In this document: piece by piece, positions 36,549-46,726 of the stretch
Position numbering within the stretch: the first letter of the stretch is position 1
Layout: every line of letters begins with the position of its first letter
Assembly (NCBI GenBank): GCA_903831305.1
Contig: CAIKXE010000004.1
Location: 147,524 to 211,523, forward strand
Length of the DNA stretch: 64,000 nt
Reading direction: 5' to 3'
From: an uncultured bacterium
GTDB lineage: Bacteria > Patescibacteriota > Minisyncoccia > Phycocordibacterales > GWA1-40-21
The notes under the pieces: model-generated
Seen by the model: only the letters and a program-made list of their open reading frames with translations
Told to the model about the DNA's origin: nothing
The model's database searches: none
Program-made: the position numbers and the translations under genes

Positions 36549-36836
36549 TTATTTCTTCTTTTTCTTTTTATCTTGTTCAAAGATCCAGAGGATAAAAACA
36601 ATACCGACGAAAATAGATAGAGGGGCAAAGTAGTAGGTGAGCCAGGGCTGATCTCTCATATTGGTGATGACGTAGTTACCTTTTCCAAACAGTTGCTCTT
36701 CCATAAAGCCCTGAATCGAGGCCAAGAGAAACATCACTGGTGTTGTGCCGGTTGTTAATAACAACATATAAAGCAAAACACCTATTACTCCATCTTTTAT
36801 TAAACCCGACCATTTTGTCCAAAATTTCATTTTCAT
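36549..36836 (-). CDS. Hypothetical small membrane protein
   Basis: 95 aa, 2-3 predicted TM helices, poly-Lys C-terminus. Confidence 0.35.
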   Translation of the reverse strand: MKMKFWTKWSGLIKDGVIGVLLYMLLLTTGTTPVMFLLASIQGFMEEQLFGKGNYVITNMRDQPWLTYYFAPLSIFVGIVFILWIFEQDKKKKKK

Positions 36837-36872
36837 TTCATTAACTTTTTATAAGAACATTATATCATATTC

Positions 36873-37223
36873 TTATTTATAAACTATTTGAAGTTTTTTC
36901 TCTGTCGTCTTACCAAAGCGGTCGCGGGCCTCTAGATCTAGGATATTATAGCCATAGGATAGTAAAATCTTTTCTGAGAAGCGGCCGCTTTCATCTACCA
37001 CTATCGGCCGGTCATTTAGGGTGATTTCTTTGGTGTTTTTACCCTGTCCCTCGATAGAAATCAGGGATTCTGATACGGATACACCATTTTCGGGAGAGAA
37101 AATTGTTATTTGAGGTCCCGTCGCATATTTCCACACCTCAAAAATACTATAACCAAAAAGACAGATTAAAAATAGGGTGATGATAATGACTTTGAAATAA
37201 AATTTTGTTTCGCGTCTGGACAT
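36873..37223 (-). CDS. Hypothetical membrane-anchored protein
   Basis: 116 aa, N-terminal TM helix then a beta-rich domain. Start is 9 nt after the ftsK stop. Confidence 0.35.
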   Translation of the reverse strand: MSRRETKFYFKVIIITLFLICLFGYSIFEVWKYATGPQITIFSPENGVSVSESLISIEGQGKNTKEITLNDRPIVVDESGRFSEKILLSYGYNILDLEARDRFGKTTEKKLQIVYK

Positions 37224-37231
37224 TTTATTTG

Positions 37232-39535
37232 TTAAAACTGCTTAGGATCTTCCGGTTCCTCAAAGCCGTTTTCATCAAGCTCTTTTTCCATATTTTCTCC
37301 GAGCATTTTGTCAGCGGTTTCCTCTAGATTGGCAGTATTGTTGTTTTCATCCGGAGTATTACCGATTAGTATTTCTCTTGGTTTGGCACCAGAACCAGGG
37401 CCAATCACTCCACGCTCCTCCAGTAGATCTATCAGGCGGGCGGCTCGGGCATAACCCACACTCAGCTTGCGTTGAATATAGGAAGTAGATGCCTTACCGG
37501 CTTTGATCACTTCTTCTTTAGCCGTTTCATATAGCTCGTCGTCATCCTCGATGTCGTCATTGATACCACCCTCAAATAAGACATTTTTATCTATGGCGGT
37601 TTCAGCAAAATTAATCTCTTGGCCAGGAATCTCATCTTGGTAGGATTCGGACAAGTATTTAACCACTTTCTTGACTTCTGTTTCAGAAATAAAGGCACTC
37701 TGAATACGGACGGGTTTAGACATCTCACCACCAAGGTAGAGCATATCTCCACAGCCGAGGAGCTTTTCTGCTCCGGTTCCATCTAGAATCGTGCGGGAGT
37801 CAATCTGGGATACCACCTGTAAGGCAATACGGGCGGGAATGTTGGCTTTAATCAAACCAGTGATGACATTTACGGACGGCCTTTGAGTGGAGAGGATCAA
37901 ATGTATTCCTACCGCTCGGCTCATCTGGGCCAGGCGGACGATAGAGCTTTCAAGCTCGCGGGGGTAGGTCATCATGATGTCTGCCAGTTCGTCTATCACT
38001 ACCACGATGAAAGGCATGGTTTCTGGTATCTCAAACTTGCTTTCGTCCTGGCCTTTTCCTTTGGCTTCTTTTACTTTTTGGAGAGCGGGGGTGAGAACAT
38101 TTTTGTGATAGGAATCAATATCTTTGCAGGCTCGTTCTTCTAGGATATCATAACGGCGGTCCATCTCTTTACCAGCCCATTTAAGAGCGAGGATGGTTTT
38201 TTTAGCATCAGTGATCACTGGAGTGAGGAGGTGGGGGATTTTGTTATATAAAGTAAGCTCCACGCGCTTGGGGTCAATCATTATAAATTTCAGTAGCTCT
38301 GGTGAATTACGGTAAAGCAGGGAAGTGATGATGGCATGTATAGTGACGGACTTACCTGAGCCGGTGGCACCAGCAATGAGGACGTGAGGCATTTTTCCTA
38401 GGCTAGCAAAGTGTGCATCACCAGATATCCCCTTTCCCAGAGAAACCAGGAGGGGTTTTTCTGATTCGCTGTATTTTTCTGAACTAAGAAGAGAAGCCAG
38501 ACCCACTAGTGTTTTTGTGGTGTTTGGTATTTCAATACCCACCAGGGATTTACCGGGGATTGGAGCTTCAATGCGGATCGGGTGGGCGGCTAAGGCATAG
38601 GCTAGGTTATCTTGGAGAGACACTATTTTAGAAAGCTTGACTCCTTCGGCGGGTTTTATAGCATAGCGAGTGACCGAGGGGCCGATGGTCACTTCATCCA
38701 TTTCTACATCAATACCAAACTTTTGCAAGGTCCTTTTTATGATATTGGCATTAGCCTTGATGTCCCCAGTGCCTGGCTTACCGCTATCATTAGCCAGAAG
38801 GGAAAGTGGGGGAGGGACGTACTCCTTGGCTCCAGGATTATTCCTCATGGCTATATCCATCTCATCTTCCTTGGCCTCAGTTTTTTTGGCGACGACGGGT
38901 TCTTTTAGTTTTACTTCCTTAACCTCTTCCTTTATCTCTTTTTTGGTTTCTTCCTCTTTTTCTACATCCTCCGCTATTTTATCTTCTTCTCCCTCCTGGT
39001 CTTCTTCAGATTTTTTAAATCGGCGCCAGAAGCATAGAGTGTCTAGAGTCAGCTCTGATTCAAAGAGAATTAAAATAGAGATTATGACCAAGGCACCCAG
39101 GATGATAAGGGTCGCGGTTGAGCCAAACAGCCAAATACCGAGTTTAGAAATTATTGCCCCTATGTTTCCACCATCGTGGGTCCAGTCCAGTAGTTTGGCT
39201 AATGTGCTTAAGATACCAAGTCCTGCCAAAAAAAGGAGCAGGGCTCCGGTGGTCTTTATCCCGCTAAATTCTTGGTCTTCTTTTTTTAGGAAGGAGATAG
39301 TGAGCATTATAAAAATAATTGGCAATAGATAATATCCCATACCAGAGAGCCAGGTCAGAGCGGTAAATAGTTTTTGTCCCACTGGTCCAAACAGGTCAAA
39401 AGAAGCCAGGATAAATAGGATTGCGAGGAGGAAAAAGGTAACAGCCAGTATACTATGTCTGGTCTCTTTTTTAAGTTTTTTTAGGGGGTTATCTGGTAGA
39501 GAAATATTTGCTTTAGCTTTATTTTTTTTGCTCAT
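37232..39535 (-). CDS. ftsK: DNA translocase FtsK/SpoIIIE
   Basis: N-terminal 4-TM region, acidic linker, motor domain with GATGSGKSV Walker A and a C-terminal gamma/wHTH region. Start chosen at the internal MSKKNK. Confidence 0.85.
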   Translation of the reverse strand: MSKKNKAKANISLPDNPLKKLKKETRHSILAVTFFLLAILFILASFDLFGPVGQKLFTALTWLSGMGYYLLPIIFIMLTISFLKKEDQEFSGIKTTGALLLFLAGLGILSTLAKLLDWTHDGGNIGAIISKLGIWLFGSTATLIILGALVIISILILFESELTLDTLCFWRRFKKSEEDQEGEEDKIAEDVEKEEETKKEIKEEVKEVKLKEPVVAKKTEAKEDEMDIAMRNNPGAKEYVPPPLSLLANDSGKPGTGDIKANANIIKRTLQKFGIDVEMDEVTIGPSVTRYAIKPAEGVKLSKIVSLQDNLAYALAAHPIRIEAPIPGKSLVGIEIPNTTKTLVGLASLLSSEKYSESEKPLLVSLGKGISGDAHFASLGKMPHVLIAGATGSGKSVTIHAIITSLLYRNSPELLKFIMIDPKRVELTLYNKIPHLLTPVITDAKKTILALKWAGKEMDRRYDILEERACKDIDSYHKNVLTPALQKVKEAKGKGQDESKFEIPETMPFIVVVIDELADIMMTYPRELESSIVRLAQMSRAVGIHLILSTQRPSVNVITGLIKANIPARIALQVVSQIDSRTILDGTGAEKLLGCGDMLYLGGEMSKPVRIQSAFISETEVKKVVKYLSESYQDEIPGQEINFAETAIDKNVLFEGGINDDIEDDDELYETAKEEVIKAGKASTSYIQRKLSVGYARAARLIDLLEERGVIGPGSGAKPREILIGNTPDENNNTANLEETADKMLGENMEKELDENGFEEPEDPKQF

Positions 39536-39926
39536 TTGTTTTAAGATTATTTGTGTAATTATATCATAGTATATGCCAGTATTAAAATCCAAATAGATGT
39601 TTCTCTCCAATAAAAACATTTAAATTGTTTGTGTCTGGTTTTGAGACCGGTCCTGTTGCCTATAAAGGCCGGTCAAAAGACGCGAGGACCAAATAATTTG
39701 AATAGTTTTTATTGGGGATATTGTATTTACATCTTGATTCTGATGTAGCGTATTACGGTATTTACCCTTTACATTATTTCACTGTCCGTTATATAATGGA
39801 CAAAAGGTTTTTTCTAAAAAAGTCATATTTTTCTCAAAAGGACAGTGTTAAAGACACCTAAGAGACAGTAAACCTAGACTAGGCTTTGGGAATACCCAAG
39901 GTCGAGCCTAGGTTTACAACAACATC

Positions 39927-40664
39927 ATGTTAGACCAAAACAAACAACAGAATAGCCTTCATAGTACTGGTGTTGGCCAGTCTAATACAGCGACCTTGGA
40001 CTGCATATTTTTAAAGGACAATCCAAAGTCCGCTTATCAGTATAAAAAGACAGAGAAGTTAGTATCAGCCATATATCTACTTTCCAATTTTGTCTCAGAC
40101 AAAGAGCCCCTCAAATGGCAGCTACGAGAGACCGCTTTAGAGCTAGTTTCTGTCTCTTTTGATCAGACTAAAATTGTGCCGGTTATTCTTCGTCTTATGT
40201 CTATACTGCAGGTGGCCAGAATCAGCGGGATTGTCTCCGAGATGAATTTTAGTATCCTCAAGTATGAGTTTGATTTGCTGGCTAGGGCAGCTGAGGAAGG
40301 CGGTAACAGTGGTGCTCAGGGGGTAATCTTTCCAGATCATTTTTTTACAGTAGAAAAACCCACTGAAGACAATAGTAGTGTTAATTTTCCTAAAGGACAT
40401 CAGGTACTGTCTGATAGGTTGTCCATTAGAAATAGTCAGGATAATGTCCGGACTCAGGAGGTAAAACACCAGGATAAATCTAACAGACAGGATTTAATTA
40501 TTTCCTTATTACGTAAGAATAGTGAGCTCGGAATAAAGGACTTCACTTTGTCCATCAAGGACTGCAGTGAAAAGACTATCCAGCGAGAATTGGTCGCTCT
40601 AGTGTCTAAAGGACAGGTTAAAAAAGTGGGGGAAAAGCGCTGGTCTAGGTATAGCCTTAAATAA
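39927..40664 (+). CDS. Hypothetical protein with C-terminal winged-helix DNA-binding domain (putative regulator)
   Basis: C-terminal ~60 aa DLIISLLRKNSELGIKDFTL…TIQRELVALVSKGQVKKVG resemble a DeoR/wHTH fold. N-terminal domain unknown. Confidence 0.4.
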   Translation: MLDQNKQQNSLHSTGVGQSNTATLDCIFLKDNPKSAYQYKKTEKLVSAIYLLSNFVSDKEPLKWQLRETALELVSVSFDQTKIVPVILRLMSILQVARISGIVSEMNFSILKYEFDLLARAAEEGGNSGAQGVIFPDHFFTVEKPTEDNSSVNFPKGHQVLSDRLSIRNSQDNVRTQEVKHQDKSNRQDLIISLLRKNSELGIKDFTLSIKDCSEKTIQRELVALVSKGQVKKVGEKRWSRYSLK

Positions 40665-41514
40665 TAGGCCTTCGTCGAACCATCTTCCTTTGGAGGGGCT
40701 TTTGAGCCTGACTGAGGTGAAAACGGAGAATTTTTTTAGCAGAAAAAATTCGTACCAGGGATATGGATGTGGTGAGAAAGAAGGCTGGTAAGGATTGGCA
40801 GAAGAAATAGGGGAAAAGGGTTGCTTTTTACCCCATAATATGCTATCCTTTCCCCTGTGGATTATGGCTCTTTATTGAGTTATCCACAGCCCCTATTTTG
40901 CTTATTTCCTAAGTAAAATATATAATACAGGGACAAGTAGTGTTAGCACCATTTTGTGCTATACTATTTATACCTTATACGAGTGATCTTTGATAAATAA
41001 ATAGAGTCGTAAATCACTGAAATTTCTTTTTCTATTACGCTGTTATAGATTGAATTTCCTTTCCATTCTTATCACTACAATTTCGCTGTTCTTATGTCGA
41101 AATCTTGAGTGCTGGATACTTAAAACAAATATTTATTTTGCCCTTTGTGTTTGTTTTTGGTATCCAGTGCTTGAGATAATATCTGAGCACGAAATATAGT
41201 TTGAAATTATGATAATCATCAGTTTGATATTTTAAAGTGATTATCGGAAAGCGGAGGGTAACAAGCAGGTCAAATTATGTTTGTCATCTTTCGTGAAGGA
41301 TAAAAATATTTTTCTTTGTGAATCGTCAGATTCATCAAAGGAGGTTCGGCCAGTTTTTAGTCGAAACTATGCCGACCATTTCTTAATAAAAAAAATTAAG
41401 AAATGTAGTTTATAAAAATGATCTCTTCTCACATTATTAAATTTTATTAGTTAAGTAGAAGAAATCATTGACTCACTTCTTTACGGAAGGGAGATAATTA
41501 AAAAATTATAAATC

Positions 41515-43569
41515 ATGTCTAAAAAATTATTGAGCGTCGGTATCGTTATGGTACTTGTCGCTGCAGTATTAGTCGGAGTTCCTGCTGCTAAGGCACAGAC
41601 CGTGTCTTGCGCAAACATTGACGCTATGTTGACAGTTCTCGGTATCACCGATGCTGCTAAGGTAGCTCAAGCTAAGTTGGCTTTTGGTTGCGGTGCTACC
41701 GCTCCTGCTGCTGCTTACACCTTTACTAGAGATTTGACCATTGGTTCAACTGGTGCTGATGTTACCGCCCTACAAACATTGTTAGGCGTTACCCCAGCTA
41801 CTGGTTACTTTGGTGCTATCACCAAGGCCGCTGTTGTTGCATACCAGACTTCAAAGGGTATCTCAGCTACCGGTTATGTTGGTCCTTTGACTAGAGCTGC
41901 ATTAAATGCAGGAGTCACTACCACCACCACAACCACAACCACTACCACTACTTGCCCAGCCGGTTATACTTGTACTTCAAATACTACAAGTGGAACTACT
42001 GGTTTGACTGGTGGAGCTGGTGATATTACTGTCACTGAAAAATCATCAGGAACAGAAAATGAGGTTCTCGAGGGAGCTACCGAGAAGGTTCTTGGGGTTC
42101 AAATCGAGGCTGAGGGTTCTGATATCTCCGTTACATCTATAAAGGTGGAACTGGAAAATGATGGTACTGGCTCACAAAGATTGAGCAAGTATATCGATAC
42201 TGTTGAAGTTGTGTTTGACGGTAAGGTTGTTGGTTCTGCTGATGCTAGCGATTTCTCTGAGAGTTCAGATGTATATTCAAAGAGCATCGCTTTGTCAGGA
42301 GTTGTCGTAGGTGAGAATGAAACAGGAAGACTTTATGTTTCTGTTTCATCTGTCGATAATATCGACAGCACTGATATAACTAATGCTTCCTGGGAAGTTG
42401 CCACTGATCAAATAAGATTTCAGGATGCAACCGGTGCTATCTTAACTAATACCACTGGTGAAGGAGTAAATGGTTCAATTACTGAAACAATTACTTTCAC
42501 TGATCTTCTTTCTTCTGGAAACGTTGAACTTAAAGTTAGCGAGGGTAATTCCGGTGTCAATGATACACACAATGTATCTGTTGATGATTCAAGCGACACA
42601 AACAACGTTGACGTTTTGAGCTTTAAGCTTAAGGCTGATGGCTCAGACATTGCTCTTCAGACTTTGTCATTTGGTGTCACTTCTAACAGTGGTACTGGTG
42701 TAACTGAAATTGCAAATGACTTCAGACTTATGATGGAGGACACAGAAGTTGGTACAGCTATATTAGACTTAAATTGTTCTGGTGGTACCAATGATGGGTT
42801 TGCTTCTACAACGGATGAAGCTATTTGTATTATTGTTAATAATCTAGATGATGATGATGTCGTCATCTCTGCTGGTGATACTGTTGATTTTACTTTGGTA
42901 GCTGATATCAATGATATTGACGGTGCATTTGTTAGCGGTAATGATTTGTCAGTTACTTTGAACGCAGACGTAACTCTGAGCTCAAATGGTCATGTTATCG
43001 CTGAGGATGAAAATGGTGATACTTTGACGACAGGTGAATTATCTGGTAGTGCAGACAGCACAACCATTAATTTCTTGTCAACTGGTATTTCTGTTACTGT
43101 AGTTAGTACTACAGCAGCTATTGATGCTGTTCAAGGTGATGTTGCAACTGATGACAAGGGTATCTACACTGTAGTATTTGATGTTGCTGCTATCGAGGAT
43201 GATGCTTATGTTGAATTAGGCTCAGCTACAAAGGGTGTTACAGAGAGCAATACTGGTGTAAACTTTGTTATGCAAGATACTGCAAGTGGTTATGCTGCCA
43301 CAAGCACTGGTGCTATTTCTCTATCAGAAGTTACTCGAGTAAGTGGAGGTACTCTAAGTGGAGAATTTGTTAAGATTGGAGCTGGCTCAACCGCTAGATT
43401 CCAGTTACAAGTTACCTTTGATCCTGCCCACACAACTGGTACTTCAGAAGGTTACAGAATGTATATGTACTCTGTAAACTCTGCTGCTTCAGCTGTAGAT
43501 GCTACTGCTCAACAGGTATTAACTCCTGAAGTAGATTACAGAACTGGTGCCAAGACAATTGGTAACTAA
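41515..43569 (+). CDS. Secreted/cell-wall-associated protein with two PG_binding_1 peptidoglycan-binding repeats, poly-Thr linker and large beta-rich domain
   Basis: Signal/TM at the N-terminus, DLTIGSTGADVTALQTLLGV…GYFGAITKAAVVAYQ…GYVGPLTRAAL (PGBD), a TTTTTTTTTTTT linker, then ~500 aa rich in T/S/G/V/D. Confidence 0.6.
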   Translation: MSKKLLSVGIVMVLVAAVLVGVPAAKAQTVSCANIDAMLTVLGITDAAKVAQAKLAFGCGATAPAAAYTFTRDLTIGSTGADVTALQTLLGVTPATGYFGAITKAAVVAYQTSKGISATGYVGPLTRAALNAGVTTTTTTTTTTTTCPAGYTCTSNTTSGTTGLTGGAGDITVTEKSSGTENEVLEGATEKVLGVQIEAEGSDISVTSIKVELENDGTGSQRLSKYIDTVEVVFDGKVVGSADASDFSESSDVYSKSIALSGVVVGENETGRLYVSVSSVDNIDSTDITNASWEVATDQIRFQDATGAILTNTTGEGVNGSITETITFTDLLSSGNVELKVSEGNSGVNDTHNVSVDDSSDTNNVDVLSFKLKADGSDIALQTLSFGVTSNSGTGVTEIANDFRLMMEDTEVGTAILDLNCSGGTNDGFASTTDEAICIIVNNLDDDDVVISAGDTVDFTLVADINDIDGAFVSGNDLSVTLNADVTLSSNGHVIAEDENGDTLTTGELSGSADSTTINFLSTGISVTVVSTTAAIDAVQGDVATDDKGIYTVVFDVAAIEDDAYVELGSATKGVTESNTGVNFVMQDTASGYAATSTGAISLSEVTRVSGGTLSGEFVKIGAGSTARFQLQVTFDPAHTTGTSEGYRMYMYSVNSAASAVDATAQQVLTPEVDYRTGAKTIGN

Positions 43570-43611
43570 CTAATTTAGTTAAATCTGGTCTAATACGCCT
43601 TACAAAGTATT

Positions 43612-43640
43612 TCAAAAACCACCCCACAAGGGTGGTTTTT
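43612..43640 (+). terminator. Rho-independent terminator
   Basis: aaaaaccaccccacaagggtggtttttgtg. Confidence 0.55.
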
Positions 43641-43892
43641 GTGTTGGAACAATGTTCAAAATGTCTCAAATATTTTGGTCCATCAATCTCCGCTTTAGAT
43701 AAGGCGGAGTGTCATTCTTATGACGAGGCGGTGTGATTTTACCTGTGGATAACTATTGTCGTTGCGTATTGATATGTTAATCTATTAAAGATATAATATA
43801 TAGGTGTCTTGTGTTTTATTATTAAAATATGAGGAAGTAATTTAGTCGATTATTTTTCCTTTTAAATTTATTTTATTATTAGCATTATTAAT

Positions 43893-46664
43893 TTGTTTAT
43901 TATGAATAAAAAACTTAGTTTATCTCTCGTCGCCTTGGTGCTACTTATCTCTGGTTTTATTGGAGCCTTTAAAGCCGAGGCGGCAATCAGCACCGTTACA
44001 GTCACTTCTCCTAATACAGCTGTATCATGGAGTGGAACCAATGAAATAACCTGGACCACTAGCCCCGCTCTTGATGCTGAAACGGTTAATATCTACTATT
44101 GTACGGGTGCTGATTGCGGTTCTAACATTTATACTGAAATTATTTCTGGTACGGCTAATGACGGTAGTTACCTTTGGAATACAGACCCAGCCGGAGGGGA
44201 CGCCGCTACTTATAAAATTAGAGTTGGTGCTTCATCTGAGCCGGTTTTAAGAGGGGATAATTCAGACGTGACTTTTACTGTTGATAATACCCACCCTACT
44301 ACGACAATCGGTTCTATTGATATTTCAGCTGACACAGGATCGAGTGCTACAGACTTTATAACACAAACCGCAAGCCAAACAATTACCGGTACCCTTAGTC
44401 AGGCCTTAGTTGCCGGTGAAATATTATATGGATCTGTAGACGGTGGTTCAAACTGGACTAATATTACAGCCAAGGCTACCAGTACTTCTCCTTACTTGGC
44501 TATAAGCTGGAATGGTGCCACATTGTCTGGAACCAGCACAATCAAAATGAAAGTTACTGATGCGGCTGGTAATGATGGTACCGTCGCCGAGCAAGCATAC
44601 ACCTTAGATACTACTGTTCCTACCATTACTTCTGTTACTGGTACCACTGTTGCAGGCGGTGGGGATGTAATTGTAATTAATTTTAGCGAAACTATTCATC
44701 CAGCTTCTAACTGGCCAGCGGCGTTTACCAGCATTACAAGTAATGGTGTATCTTTAGATTTTAGTAGCACAACCGGTAATTTTTCTTTTAATGGTGGTGA
44801 TTATGTAACCTTGACTCTATTAGAGAGTCCCACAAATACGGCTACTTATTTAAGAAACGGTAACACCATAGTAGTAACCCCTAAGATAAGTGAAATTCAT
44901 GATTTGGCTGATAATTATGTTGCCATTACCGCTATAACTAGTTCAGCCACTACCACTGGTGATGTCACTGCCCCAGCTGTGGCTTTAACTTATTCACCTG
45001 ATGCTACTACCTATAAGGCTGGAGATTCTGTCACTATCACCGCCACTTTTAATGAAGCTATTCATGAGGCCGTCTTACCAACTATCGCCATTGCGACCTT
45101 GGGAGATGGTAGCCAAGTAGCTACAAATATGTCTAGAACTTCAAATACTGTTTATACTTATGTTTGGACGGTGCCAGCCGGGGCGGATGAGAATGGAACA
45201 TCCACCGTCAGTATCATAGCTACAGACCTCGCCGGAAATGCTAATGCTACAGCTACAAATAATACAAAACAAGTTGATAACACTGCACCCGCTATTACTT
45301 CTGTTACTGGTACTACTGTTCAAGGGGGAGGAGACGTCATTGTAATTAATTTTAGCGAAACTATTCATCCAGCTTCTAACTGGCCAGCAGCTTTTACTAG
45401 TATCACAAGTAATGGCATATCTTTAGATTTTAGTAGCACAACCGGTAATTTTTCTTTTAATGGTGGTAATTATGTAACCTTGACTCTATTAGAGAGCCCA
45501 ACAAATACAGCTACTTATTTACGAAACGGTAACACCATAATAGTAACCCCTAAGGTAAGTGAAATTCATGACGTGGCAAATAACTATGTCGCCATTACTG
45601 CTACCACTAGTGCGGCAATAACTGGAAATGATACCACGGCTCCAGCTGTGGCCTTGACTTACTCACCAAACACTAATTCCTATGTGGCTGGTGCTGTTGC
45701 TACTATTACCGCCACCTTTGCGGAATCTCTCTTTGATTCAGTAGTTCCTCATATCGCTATTTCAACCCAGGGAGACGGGGATGTTTCCGCTGTTGATATG
45801 ACCAAGGTTTCTAATACTATTTATACTTATGTTTGGACGGTACCGTCTGGTGTGGACGAAGATGGATTAGCAACAATAACTATCTCTAATGCAACAGATC
45901 TAGCTGGTAATACTAACGCTACCGCTACCAATAACACCAAGACAATTGATGCTGTGGCGTCAATTGTAGATTCATTTACCGTTGAGGATATTACTTCAAC
46001 CGGTGGTACTTTGACAGTTCAGACAAATAAGATATCCACTTGTAACTATTCTAATGTAGATAGTTCATATGCCAGTATGTTGGCTATGGCCTCTACCACT
46101 AATGTCACTACCCATACCAAGATATTGACGGGCTTGACTCCAGGTACCCGTTATGATTACTATGTGCGTTGCCAAGATAACGCTCTAAATACCATGGTGA
46201 GTTCAGCTCACGTGTCTTTTGTCACTTCTGGTGGTACTGGTAGCTTTGGAATTGAGCGCGTGACAAATATTACTAATCAGACAACTGGTGGTGTCGCTGA
46301 TGGCACTTATCCAAATGGCTGGGAGTGGAAAATAAGGATTACTCTACCAACTGATCAAAATTACTTTGCTTTGAAGTTCAATAACTGGACCTCAGGTTCA
46401 AACACCTTAACGGCGGCTGGTAATATGAAATATTATTCAGAACAAATCGCCTCTGGCCCTGGTAGTTCAGCTGAATTAGCGGTTCCGTTTGCCACGGCCA
46501 ATACCTTTCCTACTAATCTAAGAGTTACCACTGATGTGGATCCATTTTTGCCAGGAATACAGACTGATGTTCACGTCATGGTAAAGCTTCCAAGTAATAC
46601 AGTAGCTGGTTCATATGGAACTAGTTATTGGGTAAACTATGAAGGCATATCAGAGCCACTATAA
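43893..46664 (+). CDS. Large secreted surface protein with tandem Ig-like (Big-type) repeat domains
   Basis: Signal peptide then repeated modules. Two ~225-aa tandem copies (TSVTGTTV(A/Q)GGGDVIVINFSETIHPASNWPAAFTSITSNG…) are near-identical. Confidence 0.55.
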   Translation: MFIMNKKLSLSLVALVLLISGFIGAFKAEAAISTVTVTSPNTAVSWSGTNEITWTTSPALDAETVNIYYCTGADCGSNIYTEIISGTANDGSYLWNTDPAGGDAATYKIRVGASSEPVLRGDNSDVTFTVDNTHPTTTIGSIDISADTGSSATDFITQTASQTITGTLSQALVAGEILYGSVDGGSNWTNITAKATSTSPYLAISWNGATLSGTSTIKMKVTDAAGNDGTVAEQAYTLDTTVPTITSVTGTTVAGGGDVIVINFSETIHPASNWPAAFTSITSNGVSLDFSSTTGNFSFNGGDYVTLTLLESPTNTATYLRNGNTIVVTPKISEIHDLADNYVAITAITSSATTTGDVTAPAVALTYSPDATTYKAGDSVTITATFNEAIHEAVLPTIAIATLGDGSQVATNMSRTSNTVYTYVWTVPAGADENGTSTVSIIATDLAGNANATATNNTKQVDNTAPAITSVTGTTVQGGGDVIVINFSETIHPASNWPAAFTSITSNGISLDFSSTTGNFSFNGGNYVTLTLLESPTNTATYLRNGNTIIVTPKVSEIHDVANNYVAITATTSAAITGNDTTAPAVALTYSPNTNSYVAGAVATITATFAESLFDSVVPHIAISTQGDGDVSAVDMTKVSNTIYTYVWTVPSGVDEDGLATITISNATDLAGNTNATATNNTKTIDAVASIVDSFTVEDITSTGGTLTVQTNKISTCNYSNVDSSYASMLAMASTTNVTTHTKILTGLTPGTRYDYYVRCQDNALNTMVSSAHVSFVTSGGTGSFGIERVTNITNQTTGGVADGTYPNGWEWKIRITLPTDQNYFALKFNNWTSGSNTLTAAGNMKYYSEQIASGPGSSAELAVPFATANTFPTNLRVTTDVDPFLPGIQTDVHVMVKLPSNTVAGSYGTSYWVNYEGISEPL
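44620..45960 (+). repeat. Tandem direct repeat (~670 bp x2) inside the surface-protein gene
   Basis: The 44640-44880 and 45310-45550 stretches are >90% identical at nucleotide level (…attgtaattaattttagcgaaactattcatccagcttctaactggccagc…), then diverge towards the 3' part of each unit. Confidence 0.6.
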
Positions 46665-46726
46665 TCAGCTAATTAGGATTTAAGCAGGGCTAGCCCAGTG
46701 TTAACTCTGCTAAAAATCTAAAAAAT

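Noticed and set aside
38670-39332. 220-aa plus-strand ORF antisense to ftsK and other long antisense ORFs (for example 478-843 -, 4206-4571 -, 6597-6941 -)
   Set aside because: They are fully contained within strongly supported genes on the opposite strand and have low-complexity Ser/Leu-rich translations.
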